Positions 51,385 to 63,502 of a DNA stretch of 64,000 bases are shown one piece after another. The stretch spans positions 94,254 to 158,253 of the forward strand of contig NIVC01001965.1 of NCBI GenBank assembly GCA_002269645.1. Reading direction: 5' to 3'. Made by a program: the position numbers and the translations under genes. The notes beneath the pieces were generated by a model that saw only the letters and a list, made by a program, of their open reading frames with translations, did no database searches and was not told where the DNA came from. Within the stretch, counting starts at the first letter, position 1, and every line of letters begins with the position of its first letter. The DNA comes from Macrostomum lignano. Taxonomy: Eukaryota.

Positions 51385-53060
51385 TGACTGTCTCAGTGGC
51401 TGTTAGTGACTGTCTCAGTGGCTGTTAGTGACTGTCTCAGTGGCTGTTAGTGACTGTTTTAGTGACCGTTAGTGACTGTCTCAGTGGCTGTTAGTGACTG
51501 TCTCAGTGGCTGTTAGTGACTGTCTCAGTGGCTGTTAGTGACTGTCTCAGTGGCTGTTAGTGACTGTCTCAGTGGCTGTTAGTGACTGTTTTAGTGACTG
51601 TCTCAGTGGCTGTTAGTGACTGTCTCAGTGGCTGTTAGTGACTGTCTCAGTGGCTGTTAGTGACTGTCTCAGTGGCTGTTAGTGACTGTCTCAGTGGCTG
51701 TTAGTGACTGTCTCAGTGGCTGTTAGTGACTGTCTCAGTGGCTGTTAGTGACTGTCTCAGTGGCTGTTAGTGACTGTCTCAGTGGCTGTTAGTGACTGTC
51801 TCAGTGGCTGTTAATGACTGTCTCAGTGGCTGTTAGTGACTGTCTCAGTGGCTGTTAGTGACTGTCTCAGTGGCTGTTAGTGACTGTCTCAGTGGCTGTT
51901 AGTGACTGTCTCAGTGGCTGTTAGTGACTGTCTCAGTGGCTGTTAGTGACTGTCTCAGTGGCTGTTAGTGACTGTCTCAGTGGCTGTTAGTGACTGTCTC
52001 AGTGGCTGTTAGTGACTGTCTCAGTGGCTGTTAGTGACTGTCTCAGTGGCTGTTAGTGACTGTCTCAGTGGCTGTTAGTGACTGTCTCAGTGGCTGTTAG
52101 TGACTGTCTCAGTGGCTGTTAGTGACTGTCTCAGTGGCTGTTAGTGACTGTCTCAGTGGCTGTTAGTGACTGTCTCAGTGGCTGTTAGTGACTGTCTCAG
52201 TGGCTGTTAGTGACTGTCTCAGTGGCTGTTAGTGACTGTCTCAGTGGCTGTTAGTGACTGTCTCAGTGGCTGTTAGTGACTGTCTCAGTGGCTGTTAGTG
52301 ACTGTCTCAGTGGCTGTTAGTGACTGTCTCAGTGGCTGTTAGTGACTGTCTCAGTGGCTGTTAGTGACTGTCTCAGTGGCTGTTAATGACTGTCTCAGTG
52401 GCTGTTAGTGACTGTCTCAGTGGCTGTTAGTGACTGTCTCAGTGGCTGTTAGTGACTGTCTCAGTGGCTGTTAGTGACTGTCTCAGTGGCTGTTAGTGAC
52501 TGTCTCAGTGGCTGTTAGTGACTGTCTCAGTGGCTGTTAGTGACTGTCTCAGTGGCTGTTAGTGACTGTCTCAGTGGCTGTTAGTGACTGTCTCAGTGGC
52601 TGTTAGTGACTGTCTCAGTGGCTGTTAGTGACTGTCTCAGTGGCTGTTAGTGACTGTCTCAGTGGCTGTTAGTGACTGTCTCAGTGGCTGTTAGTGACTG
52701 TCTCAGTGGCTGTTAGTGACTGTCTCAGTGGCTGTTAGTGACTGTCTCAGTGGCTGTTAGTGACTGTCTCAGTGGCTGTTAGTGACTGTCTCAGTGGCTG
52801 TTAGTGACTGTCTCAGTGGCTGTTAGTGACTGTCTCAGTGGCTGTTAGTGACTGTCTCAGTGGCTGTTAGTGACTGTCTCAGTGGCTGTTAGTGACTGTC
52901 TCAGTGGCTGTTAGTGACTGTCTCAGTGGCTGTTAGTGACTGTCTCAGTGGCTGTTAGTGACTGTCTCAGTGGCTGTTAGTGACTGTCTCAGTGGCTGTT
53001 AGTGACTGTCTCAGTGGCTGTTAGTGACTGTCTCAGTGGCTGTTAGTGACTGTCTCAGTG
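51385..53060. repeat. Highly homogeneous 22-bp minisatellite (TGACTGTCTCAGTGGCTGTTAG)n, ~75 copies
   Basis: Seen directly. The same G>A variant occurs at 51814 and 52386 (572 bp = 26 units apart). Confidence 0.98.
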
Positions 53061-53229
53061 TATCAGTGCCCCGCCTGCCTGTCTAAACAAACACAGAGGG
53101 AAGGACTGTCGATCAGCCCGAATTCATAGCCGCGATCGCAGTGAATCAGCTCTCATAGCTTGTATATTTCTCAGCAGAGGTCGGCACATATCGGTCAGCA
53201 TAGCTAAAATCTCAAAGCTCTGAAGCTAC

Positions 53230-53855
53230 TCAGATCTTTTTGCTCAGAATACGCAGAGCAGTGGCCTCGAAGAACTTCAGCACCACCTGGACGTCCTGCT
53301 CGTCGACTTCGCCAGGCAGTCGCTCGGTCTCCAGCTCCTCTCTCTCCAGGCTGATCTCTCCAGTGCGCTTGTTTTGGATCACCAGCACGTCCCTGGCCAG
53401 CTTGAACGAGGCCCGGACCTCCAGCACCACCAAGTCGAAGTTTCCATCATTCCTGACGAAGCCGTAGACGCAGATGTACTTGGTGTTCTCCGGGTCGCTG
53501 GCCGGGTTGAACAGCATCTTGTGCTCGAACCACTTGCCCGGCTCGGCCTCCTTGATCTGGTCGAACACCTTCTCCTTGATCTCCGCCTGGTCGGCCGGCG
53601 GAATGTCGAACCTCGGCACCATGATGTCGACGTACCTGTCGTAGAAGCTGGCCCGGAGACCATTCACCTTAGACAGGCTGGATGACTGGGAGAAGTACTC
53701 GTAGCCCTGGCCAACAATGCGCCCGATCACCTCGCTGGAGTTGCGCCGTTCCTCAACCAGACGGTCGACGGCGTCCAGACCCGAGATGGCCTTCCTGATG
53801 AGGCCACGCAGCGCCTCGTGCGACTCCTGAGCGCTGGCGCCCGACCAGGCCAGGG
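53230..53855 (-). CDS. Uncharacterised, probably secreted ~210-aa protein nested antisense in the PRKX intron (last exon)
   Basis: Strong G/C third-position codon bias, TTTTCCCGCAG acceptor (phase 1) and a globular-looking sequence. It begins like the end of a signal peptide (ALAWSGASA-QES). The ORF-track start at 53889 is GTG, so the first exon is unlocated. Confidence 0.75.
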
Positions 53856-53954
53856 CTGCGGGAAAACCGGAGTTGATGTCGGATTGCACAGTGCGAGTTC
53901 AGGCTTACAGATTCTGAATTCTTTGGGTTTACACAATTTTAGGATTAGAGATTA

Positions 53955-54560
53955 TCCAGGATTGGGGAATATTCTGGATTAGGGAATATATAAAAGATTA
54001 GGGAATATTCTGGATTAGGGAATATATAAGGAATTAGGGAATATTCTGGATTAGGGAATATATAAGGAATTAGGGAATATTCTGGATTAGGGAATATATA
54101 AGGGATTAGGGAATATATAAGGGATTAGGGAATATATAAGGGATTAGGGAATATATAAGGGATTAGGGAATATATAAGGGATTAGGGAATATATAAGGGA
54201 TTAGGGAATATATAAGGGATTAGGGAATATATAAGGGATTAGGGAATATATAAGGGATTAGGGAATATATAAGGGATTAGGGAATATATAAGGGATTAGG
54301 GAATATTCTGGATGGGGAATATTCTGGATTAGGGAATATTCTGGATAGGGAATATTCTTGATTAGGGAATATTCGGGGTTAGGGAATATTCGGGTTAGGG
54401 AAAAATTCGGGATTAGGGAATATTCGGGATTGGGAAAAATTCGAGATTAGGGAATATTCGGGATTGGGGAATATTCGGGATTAGGGAATATTCGGGATTG
54501 GGAATATTCGGATTAGGGAATATTCGGGATTGGGGAATATTCGGGATAGGGAATATTGGG
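53955..54560. repeat. 19-bp array (AGGGATTAGGGAATATATA)n and degenerate variants, containing TTAGGG
   Basis: Seen directly. Confidence 0.93.
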
Positions 54561-55299
54561 AACTAGTAAACAGCGGACCCAGTTATTTTATGATGAAATG
54601 AAACCATTTTTACGAGCTATATCACCCAATTTTGCTACACGCAGTTCAAAATGATACCCGCTAAGTGAAGCGAAATGCCTACACATTCGAGCTGTTCGCA
54701 CACTGCTATCTTTTTTCGCCCTCCCTCGCTTTCCCTCTCGATTTTGTTTTCGGCTCCGCTTGGCAACACGGCTAACCGAAGCTTCGTCCGGATAAATTCG
54801 TCCTGCCAACTTCGCTTAAAACTGCGGGCCCAGTGCTTGGCCGCGGGAGCATTGCGTAGGGAAGACAGGGTGCAACTTCTTATATAGTTACAAGCTTTAG
54901 TCCTCGGAGAGGCAGAACCGCTTTAGAAAAAGCAGAGGCGACACTTTTTCTGCCCCAAAGACCCCGGTCCTATCCTCCCAATGTTGGAACATTTTTCACT
55001 CGATATTCTCTCTCCCCATCCACTAATTCTCTTAGGCTTCTGCATCTTTCTGGGTTTTTCAGTCTTCTTCTTTCGCCTCAATTATTTTCTTCTATTTTGT
55101 GCCCGTCTTTCTCAGCTCTCGTTCGGTAGCGAAATCAATTTTTGGGCATCTGACAGGGTCTGAATCGAGTTTTAATTAAATAAACTTGTTAATTTGTTGC
55201 TAATATAGATAGTAATACTAGGAATTTAAAAAGAAATATAGAAAAATAACTAATATACCTAAACAACAGATTGTACATTATATACAATAAACAAAAAAC

Positions 55300-55970
55300 C
55301 AATCGACAAAAAATCGCAAACCACAGACAGCAAATTACAAACCACAGATGAGTAACAAACCACAAGACAACAAATCACAAAACAATTGACAACAAATCAC
55401 AAACCACAGACAACAAATCACATACCAATTGACAACAAATCACAAACCAATTGACAACAAATTTCAAACCAATTGACAATAAATCACAAACCACAGACAA
55501 CAAATCACAAACCACGGACAACAAATCACAAACCACAGACAACAAATCACAAATCACAGACAAAAAATCACAAACCACAGACAACAAATCACATACCAAT
55601 TGACAACAAATCACAAACCAATTGACAACAAATTGCAAACCAATTGACAATAAATCACAAACCACAGACAACAAATGACAAACCACAGACAACAAATGAC
55701 AAACCACAGACAACAAATCACAAACCACAGACAACAAATCACAAACCACAGACAACAAATCACAAACCACAGACAACAAATCACAAACCACAGACAACAA
55801 ATCACAAACCAATTGACAACAAATTGCAAACCAATTGACAATAAATGACAAACCACAGACAACAAATCACAAACCACAGACAACAAATCACAAACCACAG
55901 ACAACAAATCACAAACCACGGACAACAAATGACAAACCACAACAAAAATGACAAACCACGGACAAATCAC
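55300..55970. repeat. 21-bp minisatellite (ACAACAAATCACAAACCACAG)n
   Basis: Seen directly. 7-aa period. Confidence 0.93.
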
Positions 55971-56604
55971 AATAACTTACCAAAGGCAAGGGCAAAAATC
56001 AGAGCGCAATACTTCATTTTGCTAGTAGAAGTTTTTCAATTTCAACAGACAATCGTAGAGTCCAGGGACAACAAACAGCAAGACACGACTTCAGTAAAGT
56101 TGATTGCAGCGCAAATTTATGCTTGACTCCCGCCCAACTGCTCCCGAGCTTGCTTATCTCGCACCACTGCCTGCTCGATTCCCACATTTCGACAATTCCA
56201 GTTTTTTTGTCGTCAAGCATTTCTAAGACGTTTCTTCCGCTAACTTGAGCAGTTCAAATTGCTTTTTCTTGTCAGCGGGGAAGATCGCGCGAGAAGTTTT
56301 TTTACATAATTCTGCCTCCACACCTGTCAGAGTCTGGGAGTCGTCTCAGCTGGTGCCTCCGGCTGTCATTCACAGCCAGGCGGCCCCTACCTGTCAACTA
56401 CATGTTCTTCTTGCTGAGCTCCCCATTTCACCGGCGCTCTGGCATTCGGCGACAGGTGGCAACAAATGTCACTGCTGGCAATTGTGTTATTGATGGCTGG
56501 CGTTTGGCGCGTTCTGTAATGTCTGTTCTGTCTAATATTTGTCCATTCTGTAACCCTGCATGCATACATTTCTTTGCATTTTTGAGTCGGTCTGTCCGTC
56601 TGTC

Positions 56605-57060
<456 letters not shown>

Positions 57061-57774
57061 TCTGTCTTTCTTACTTCCTCACTCGTATGATTGCTTCTTT
57101 CCACAGTCTAGTAAAGCCAAGCCTAGACTCTTTTCTCAGGTCGTTTTTTGCCATAGTGTTCCGAGAAACATGGAGAAAGCAGGGGTTTTTACGCCAAAAT
57201 CAACTTGATATCAGAAATGTTAGTCTGATTTTGTCATTCGAAGCCTTAGTCACAAATTTTTACTTCAAGTTTTCTTTGAATGTCCACTAATTTTGCTCCA
57301 CCGCGATTCAATTGCTTTCTTTTTTTCCTCTAGCATTGCTTGCCTCTATCCCGCCTACTTAATTACTGCTTATTTAGTTTGCAAGGAACTTTTGAACTTT
57401 TTTGCCAGTTCTCTGCCGTCTGCGCGGTTTGCCAGAAACGGTGATTACTTCTGGCTCGTGTTCTCCCGTTCCACACGCACCCTTCGCCAGCTTCAAGGCT
57501 GTCTGCTGCATCAGCGAATAAAAGTGCTTCCTCCGGGGGGGATTTTCCAGGTGCAGCGATCCCCAAAGCCGGAATATTTTTAGCACCTCTCCTCTTCCAG
57601 TCTGAATAAATCTATTCCGACGGACAGACTGGCCGAAAGAAGCTTGATTGACGGCTTTGGATGCAGAGTTAAATTGATTGGATTACCGAAATGCGCGGCT
57701 GCTGGCGTCAGTCTGATAGCGCACTGGCACTGGGCTGCTAGCGCGAATGGCCTGCTTGACTTCAAAGGCTAAAA

Positions 57775-58542
57775 ACACTTTGAGCACAGTCAGTATTTGA
57801 GCACAGTCAGTATTTGAGCACAGTCAGTATTTGAGCACAGTTAGTATTTGAGCACAGTCAGTATTTGAGCACAGTCAGTATTTGAGCACAGTCAGTATTG
57901 AGCACAGTCAGTATTTGAGCACAGTCAGTATTTGAGCACAGTCAGTACTTGAGCACAGTCAGTATTTAAGCCCAGTCAGTACTTAAGCACAGTCAGTACT
58001 TTAGCTTAGTAAGGATTTGAGCACAGTCAAGTACTTGAGCACAGTCAGTATTTGATCACAGTCAGTAACTTGAGCACAGTCAGTATTTGAGCACAGTCAG
58101 TATTTGAGCACAGTCATATTGAGCACAGTCAGGATTTGAGCACAGTCAGTATTTAAGCACAGTCAGTATCTGAGCACAGTCAGTATTTGAGCACAGTCAG
58201 TACTTGAGCACAGTCAGTACTTGAGCACATCAGTACTTGAGCTTAGTCAGTAATTTGAGCACAGTCATACTTGAGCACAGTCAGTATTTGAGCACAGTCA
58301 GTATTTGAGCACAGTCATACTTGAGCACAGTCAGTATTTGAGCACAGTCAGTGCTTTTGCTGTTCTCTGAATGTCGCGTTTGTTATTCCGAACGTATTTA
58401 CGAACGTTATTACGCTCGTAGTATTGTCTCTAGTTTGCTATAGCCATTTACGACAATAATCTGATCCAACTTGAGCACACTCAGTACTTGAGCACAGTCA
58501 GTATTTGAGCACAGTCAGTACTTGAGCACAGTCAGTATTTGA
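57775..58542. repeat. 17-bp minisatellite (AGTATTTGAGCACAGTC)n, interrupted at 58351-58469
   Basis: Seen directly. Confidence 0.95.
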
Positions 58543-58904
58543 GTCATTTTTCCAGGGAAACTCCTACAGGAACATTCGATTGGGACTCGAACGAAAAACG
58601 AACCATGGAAATTCGAGAAATTTGACAAAGCCGAAATGCATGTTCGTGACTGAGGCTCAAGCGCAAAAATTTTGTGAATGAATTTGGATAGATAAAGGGC
58701 GAGGCAGTTCCGAGCGGCCAGAACACGCGATGCCTCATAGCCTCAAATCTCATCCTGGAGCTCCCAGTCATATGAGCAACCCACCAGTGGGGCGGGGATT
58801 AATTGCTATTCCTAAAGATCCCTCTTCCCCAAAAAATAGAGTTCGTGCTGGAAAAGAACGCGTCAGGGATTCGAAAAGCTCAAAGAAGCTCAAAGAGCAT
58901 GGCT

Positions 58905-59445
58905 GATATGGAGTGCGGAGTGAGGTGCGAAGTGAGGTAGATGTGGAGTGGGGTGGTTGCGGAGTGTGGTTGAGTGCAGAGTGAGGTAGTTGCGGAATGA
59001 GGTTGGTGCGGAGTGAGGTGGTTGAGTTGCGGATGAGTGGTTGCGGAGTGAGGTTGGTGCGGAAGTGAGGTTGGTGCGGAGTGAGGTTGGTGCGGAGTGA
59101 GGTTGGTTGCGGATGAGGTTGGTGCGGAGTGAGGTTGGTGCGGAGTGAGGTTGGTGCGGAATGAGGTGGTGCGGAGTGAGGTTGGTGCTGAAGAGGTTGG
59201 TGCGAGATGGGAGGTTGGTGGCGGAGTGAGGTTGGTGCGGAAGTGAGGTTGGTGCGGAGTGAGGTTGGTGCGAAGAGAGGTTGGTGCGGAGTGAGGTTGG
59301 TGCGGAGTGAGGTTGGTGCGGAGTGAGGTTGGTGCGGAGTGAGGTTGGTGCGGAGTGAGGTTGGTGCGTAGTGAGGTTGGTGCGGAGTGAGGTGGGTGCA
59401 GAATGAGGTGGGTGCAGATTGGGGTGGCGTGGATGAGATGTGCGT
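58905..59445. repeat. 16-bp G-rich minisatellite (GGTTGGTGCGGAGTGA)n; a sister array lies at 60150-60640
   Basis: Seen directly on both sides of PRKX exon 2. Confidence 0.93.
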
Positions 59446-59561
59446 AGCAAACACAATTGTACTTTTTAGGAATATTAGAAACAGTTACTGCTTTTAAGGA
59501 GCAAGCAAACGCATACCATATTGAAATCTGCTAATCCGCACCAAATCTGCTTTCTCTTCAG

Positions 59562-60008
59562 CACCGGAGATCATCCAAGGCAAGGGCTACAACCGCGCTG
59601 TAGATTACTGGGCCCTCGGGTTCTAATCTACGAAATGCTGGTCGGCACTCCCCCGTTCTACGACGACAATCCGATGCAGATCTACCAGAAGATTCTGTCC
59701 GGCAAGTTCGACTTTCCTCGTGACAGTCCGGTGGATCCGGTCGCTCGCGACATTGTCCGCAAACTGCTGGTGCAGGACCGCACCAAGCGGCTGGGCAATA
59801 TGAAGAGCGGGCCAGACGATGTCCGCAACCATCGCTGGTTCAAGGGAGTCAACTGGCTGGACGTGGAGCTGCGCAAGATGGCGCCCCCATTGTGCCCCAG
59901 GTGCAGCATCCCGGGGATACGCGCTGCTACGATGTCTACGACGAGCAGGATTGGAAGAAGGTGCCGTCAGCTAGCGCCGCGGGCCAGGAGCACTTCAGAG
60001 ATTTTTAA
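59562..60008 (+). CDS. PRKX: PRKX-type kinase exon 2, with two apparent 1-bp deletions
   Basis: CTCTTCAG acceptor (phase 1). Reads APEIIQGKGYNRAVDYWALG / VLIYEMLVGTPPFYDDNP...RLGNMKSGPDDVRNHRWF...RKMAP / IVPQVQHPGDTRCYDVYDEQDW...EHFRDF-stop. Frameshifts at GGG 59618-59620 and CCCCC 59884-59888. Confidence 0.88.
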
Positions 60009-61489
60009 AAATATCCCATTGGTTCTGTCACCCTGTCTGTGCTGTTTCCGAGCCCGTGTGCTTTTGCTGTTTCTCTGAATGTCCGGGTTTGTTACTAGTA
60101 TTGTCTCCAGTTTGCTATAGCCATTTACGACAATAATCTGATCCAAAATGAGGTAGGTGCGAAGTTTTGTTGGTGCGGAGTGAGGTAGGTACGGAGTGAG
60201 GTGGTTTCTGAGTAGGGTGGTTGCGGAGTGAGGTGGGTGCGGAGTGAGGTGGGTACGGAGTGAGGTGGTTTCTGAGTGGTGTGGTTGCGGAGTGAGGTGG
60301 GTGCGGAGTGTTGTGGTTGCGGAGTGAGGTGGGTGGGGAGTGAGGTAGGTGCGGAGTGAGGTAGGTGCGGAGTGAGGTGGGTGCGGAGTGAGGTGGGTGC
60401 GGAGTGAGGTGGGTGCGGAGTGAGGTGGGTGCGAAGTGAGGTAGGTACGGAGTGAGGTGGTTTCTGAGTAGGGTGGTTGCGGAGTGAGGTGGGTGCGGAG
60501 TGAAGTGGGTACGGAGTGAGGTGGTTTCTGAGTGAGGTGGGTGCGGAGTGTGGTGGTTGCAGAGTGAGGTGGGTGGGGAGTGAGGTAGGTGCGGAGTGAG
60601 GTGGGTGGGGAGTGAGGTGGTTTCGGAGTTGGGTTGGTGCTGGGAGAAGTAGTTCTACCGAATCTTCTACCGACTAGCTTAGTCACTAGAAAAGTAGAAA
60701 ATAATTTCCAAATTAGGAAAAAACGGCAAAACTTCACTCCTACAGTGTGTGCTAAGTCTGAGATTCAGACTAATACAAATTCTACACGTTTGTATGTGTG
60801 CTGCTTTGTGAATGCCTCACTAGCTCTGTAAAATATCCCCAGAATTCCCTCGAATGCGCCACTGTGCACGGCTGCGTATTTAACTGTAAATTTTCCCTAT
60901 TTTTGTTCTTAGAAATGTCACAAAACTTTTGTTTGCATTGGAATCAACCCCTGTCCTCCCCCGAAACCACCAGCTGCACCAACGTTATTCTGTTCCATTG
61001 TAGAATCACAGGACAGTCTCTGTCCCATCACTAGATAGCATGTGACTACTGTTGCTTGATTATCGTGTGTGAATCAGATTTAACTGCAAAGCTGAGAGCT
61101 CGATGGCCAAACAAGATTGGTAAGAGGATTGCAGCCGTTGAGCCTCCACTAAAAAGCAGCGCTAATAGCTCTTATTGTTTCCGTTTAGGATGCTTTCCGT
61201 TTTCACCGAGTGCATGTTGTAACTGAGATGTCTTTATAAACAGTTTATTTTGTGTTTGAAATTGCGACGAATCAAATAAACTTTGTAAGTCCGCTGTACA
61301 CCTGCTGAAGGATTTTGTGTCTAACTGATACTTATACTAGAATTGCGCTATTTAATGCTTCAAATGCTTGTCCTTGTTTTACCCATTTACGAATCACTCT
61401 CGTATTTGCTGCGCTTCTCGCCTGTATTATCTCTAACCATTTTCTTACTTTTCTCTTATCGTTCCTCCTCTCCGATTTCTATTCTGTCC

Positions 61490-62120
61490 TCTCTGTCCTC
61501 TCTCCTCTCTCCACTCTGTCCTCTCTCTCCTCTCTCCTCTCTCCTCTCTTTCCCCTCTCTCCTCTCTTTCCTCTCTCTCCTCTCTCTCCTCTCTCCTCTC
61601 TCCACTCTGTCCTCTCTCTCCTCTCTCCTCTCTCCACTCTGTCCTCTCTCTCCTCTCTCTCCCCTCTCCTCTCTCCTCTCTGTCCTCTCTCTCCTCTCTC
61701 CTCTCTCCACTCTGTCCTCTCTCTCCTCTCTCTCCTCTCTATTCTCTCTCCTTTCTCTTCTCTCTCCATCCTCTCTCTGCTCTCTTCTCTCTTCCCTCTT
61801 CTCTCTTCCCTCTTCTCTCTTCCCTCTTCTCTCTTCCCTCTTCTCTCTTCCCTCTTCTCTCTTCCCTCTTCTCTCTCCTCCCTCTTCTCTCTTCTCTCCC
61901 CTCTCTCTTCTCTCTCCTTTCTCTTCTCTCTCCATCCTCTCTCCTCTCTCTTCTCTCTTCCCTCTTCTATCTTCCCTCTCCTCTCTCTTCTCTCTTCCCT
62001 CTTCTCTCTTCTCTCCTCTCTCTTCTCTCTCTTCTCTCTCTTCTCTCTCTCCTCTCTCCTCTCTCCTCTCTCCTTTTTCCTCTCTACTCTTTCCTCTCTG
62101 CTCTCTCATCTCCCCTCTCT
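61490..62120. repeat. CT-rich low-complexity microsatellite
   Basis: Seen directly. Confidence 0.95.
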
Positions 62121-62510
62121 CTCGTGAAACGCAAGTCAATTAAAATTGTATTAATCTGCGTTTGTGACGACAAAGATGCCAGTCTCGGCTCTACTGGTTG
62201 GCCCCAAATAAGGAAGAAACATGCCTTGCATACTTCTGTGTTAAGCTCAGTCGCTATCATCCTTGTTAAAGTTTTGCTCAATTTTCTTACTAGCAACGAG
62301 GCAAGGGCACAGCTGAGCCCACTGCAGACAGCAATGGTACTAAAGAACTTACAATCTACTTCAATGCATTGTTGTTCATAAAGAGGCGTTGGTCCGTGCG
62401 AAAATTCTCACAAACCGCCTGATTAGTGCAACACTACTAAATAGTGAAGAAGCCTTTGAGTAATTTCTCAGTTTTTCTTCTCTCTCCGAACTCGACCCGA
62501 GATCGGCTCC

Positions 62511-62697
62511 ATGGGCGCAGGCGTTCGCTCGGCCAAGTCTCGGCTGCTCCGCTGGCTGCTGGTTGCCGGCTGCATCGGCTGCTTCACCTCAACCGTGGCC
62601 GCGGCCGCGCTCGACTTCTGGCGCATGGGCGAGTGCAGCACCAATGCCAGCTGCAAGTGGCATCGCGGCCTGCCTTGGGTCTACGATAATGGCACTG
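62511..62697 (+). CDS. Claudin/PMP22/EMP-superfamily-like membrane protein, exon 1
   Basis: ATG, TM1 (LLRWLLVAGCIGCFTSTVAAAAL), then DFW...C...C..HRGLPW, resembling the W...GLW signature. Donor GTGAGT, phase 1. Confidence 0.65.
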
Positions 62698-62739
62698 GTG
62701 AGTGCGGCATGTCAGCTGGATGGTGCTGCATTGGTGGGT

Positions 62740-63170
62740 TCCTGATTGGTCATGTGGGTTCCTGATTGCTCATAGTGGTTTCCTCATTGCTCATAGTGGT
62801 TCCCTGATTGCTCATAGTGGTTTCCTGATTGCTCATAGTGGTTTCCTGGTTGGTCATAGTGGTTTCCTGATTGGTCATAGTCGTTTCCTGATTGCTCATA
62901 GTGGTTTCCTGATTGCTCATAGTGGTTTCCTGATTGGTCATAGTGGTTTCAAGATTGCTCATAGTGGTTTCCTGATTGGTCATAGTGGTTTCAAGATTGG
63001 TCATACTGGTTTCCTGATTGGTCATAGTGGTTTCAAGATTGGTCATAGTGGTTCCCTGATTGGTCATAGTGGTTTCCTGATTGGTCATAGTGGTTTCCTG
63101 ATTAGTCATGGTTTCCTGATTGGTCATAGTGGTTTCCTGATTAGTCATGGTTTCCTGATTGGTCTTAGTG
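62740..63170. repeat. 21-bp minisatellite (CTGATTGGTCATAGTGGTTTC)n
   Basis: Seen directly, inside the intron. Confidence 0.96.
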
Positions 63171-63352
63171 GTCTCCTACTTCATGAAACCTTCAACAATT
63201 CTTAATGAACATATACTCATAGTTTATTATCTTTATTTTTTAAAGTTTGCATTGTATCTGCATTTTAAAAACGATAAAAACGTGCATCCACTGCTACTCA
63301 TACTTGACCAGCAGTAGTAATTCCAAGCCTCGCTCTCTTGCAACGCCATCAG

Positions 63353-63502
63353 CTTTCGCAGTGATTGTGCTGCTACTAATTGTCCTCTCGCTGCTGCTGC
63401 TGCTGGCGGTCCTGCTGGCGGTCCTGCTGGAGCTGCTGGTGCCCCGGCTGAAGCTCAACAAGCAGCTCATGATGACCATTTTTGCTCTGTTTATCGCTGC
63501 AG
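63353..63502 (+). CDS. Same membrane protein, exon 2 (TM2 and start of TM3); the gene continues beyond the window
   Basis: Phase-1 acceptor at 63352 (alternative 63361). Reads FAVIVLLLIVLSLLLLLAVLLAVLLELLVPRLKLNKQLMMTIFALFIAA. Donor GTATGT. Confidence 0.6.

Noticed and set aside
54775-54886. TATA plus ATG plus phase-1 GTTAGC donor as exon 1 of the nested gene
   Set aside because: The ATG is too close to the TATA box and the peptide is not signal-like. The phase match may be chance.
59521-60078. ORF-track 185-aa product as a separate kinase gene
   Set aside because: It is the middle frame of PRKX exon 2, between the two frameshifts.
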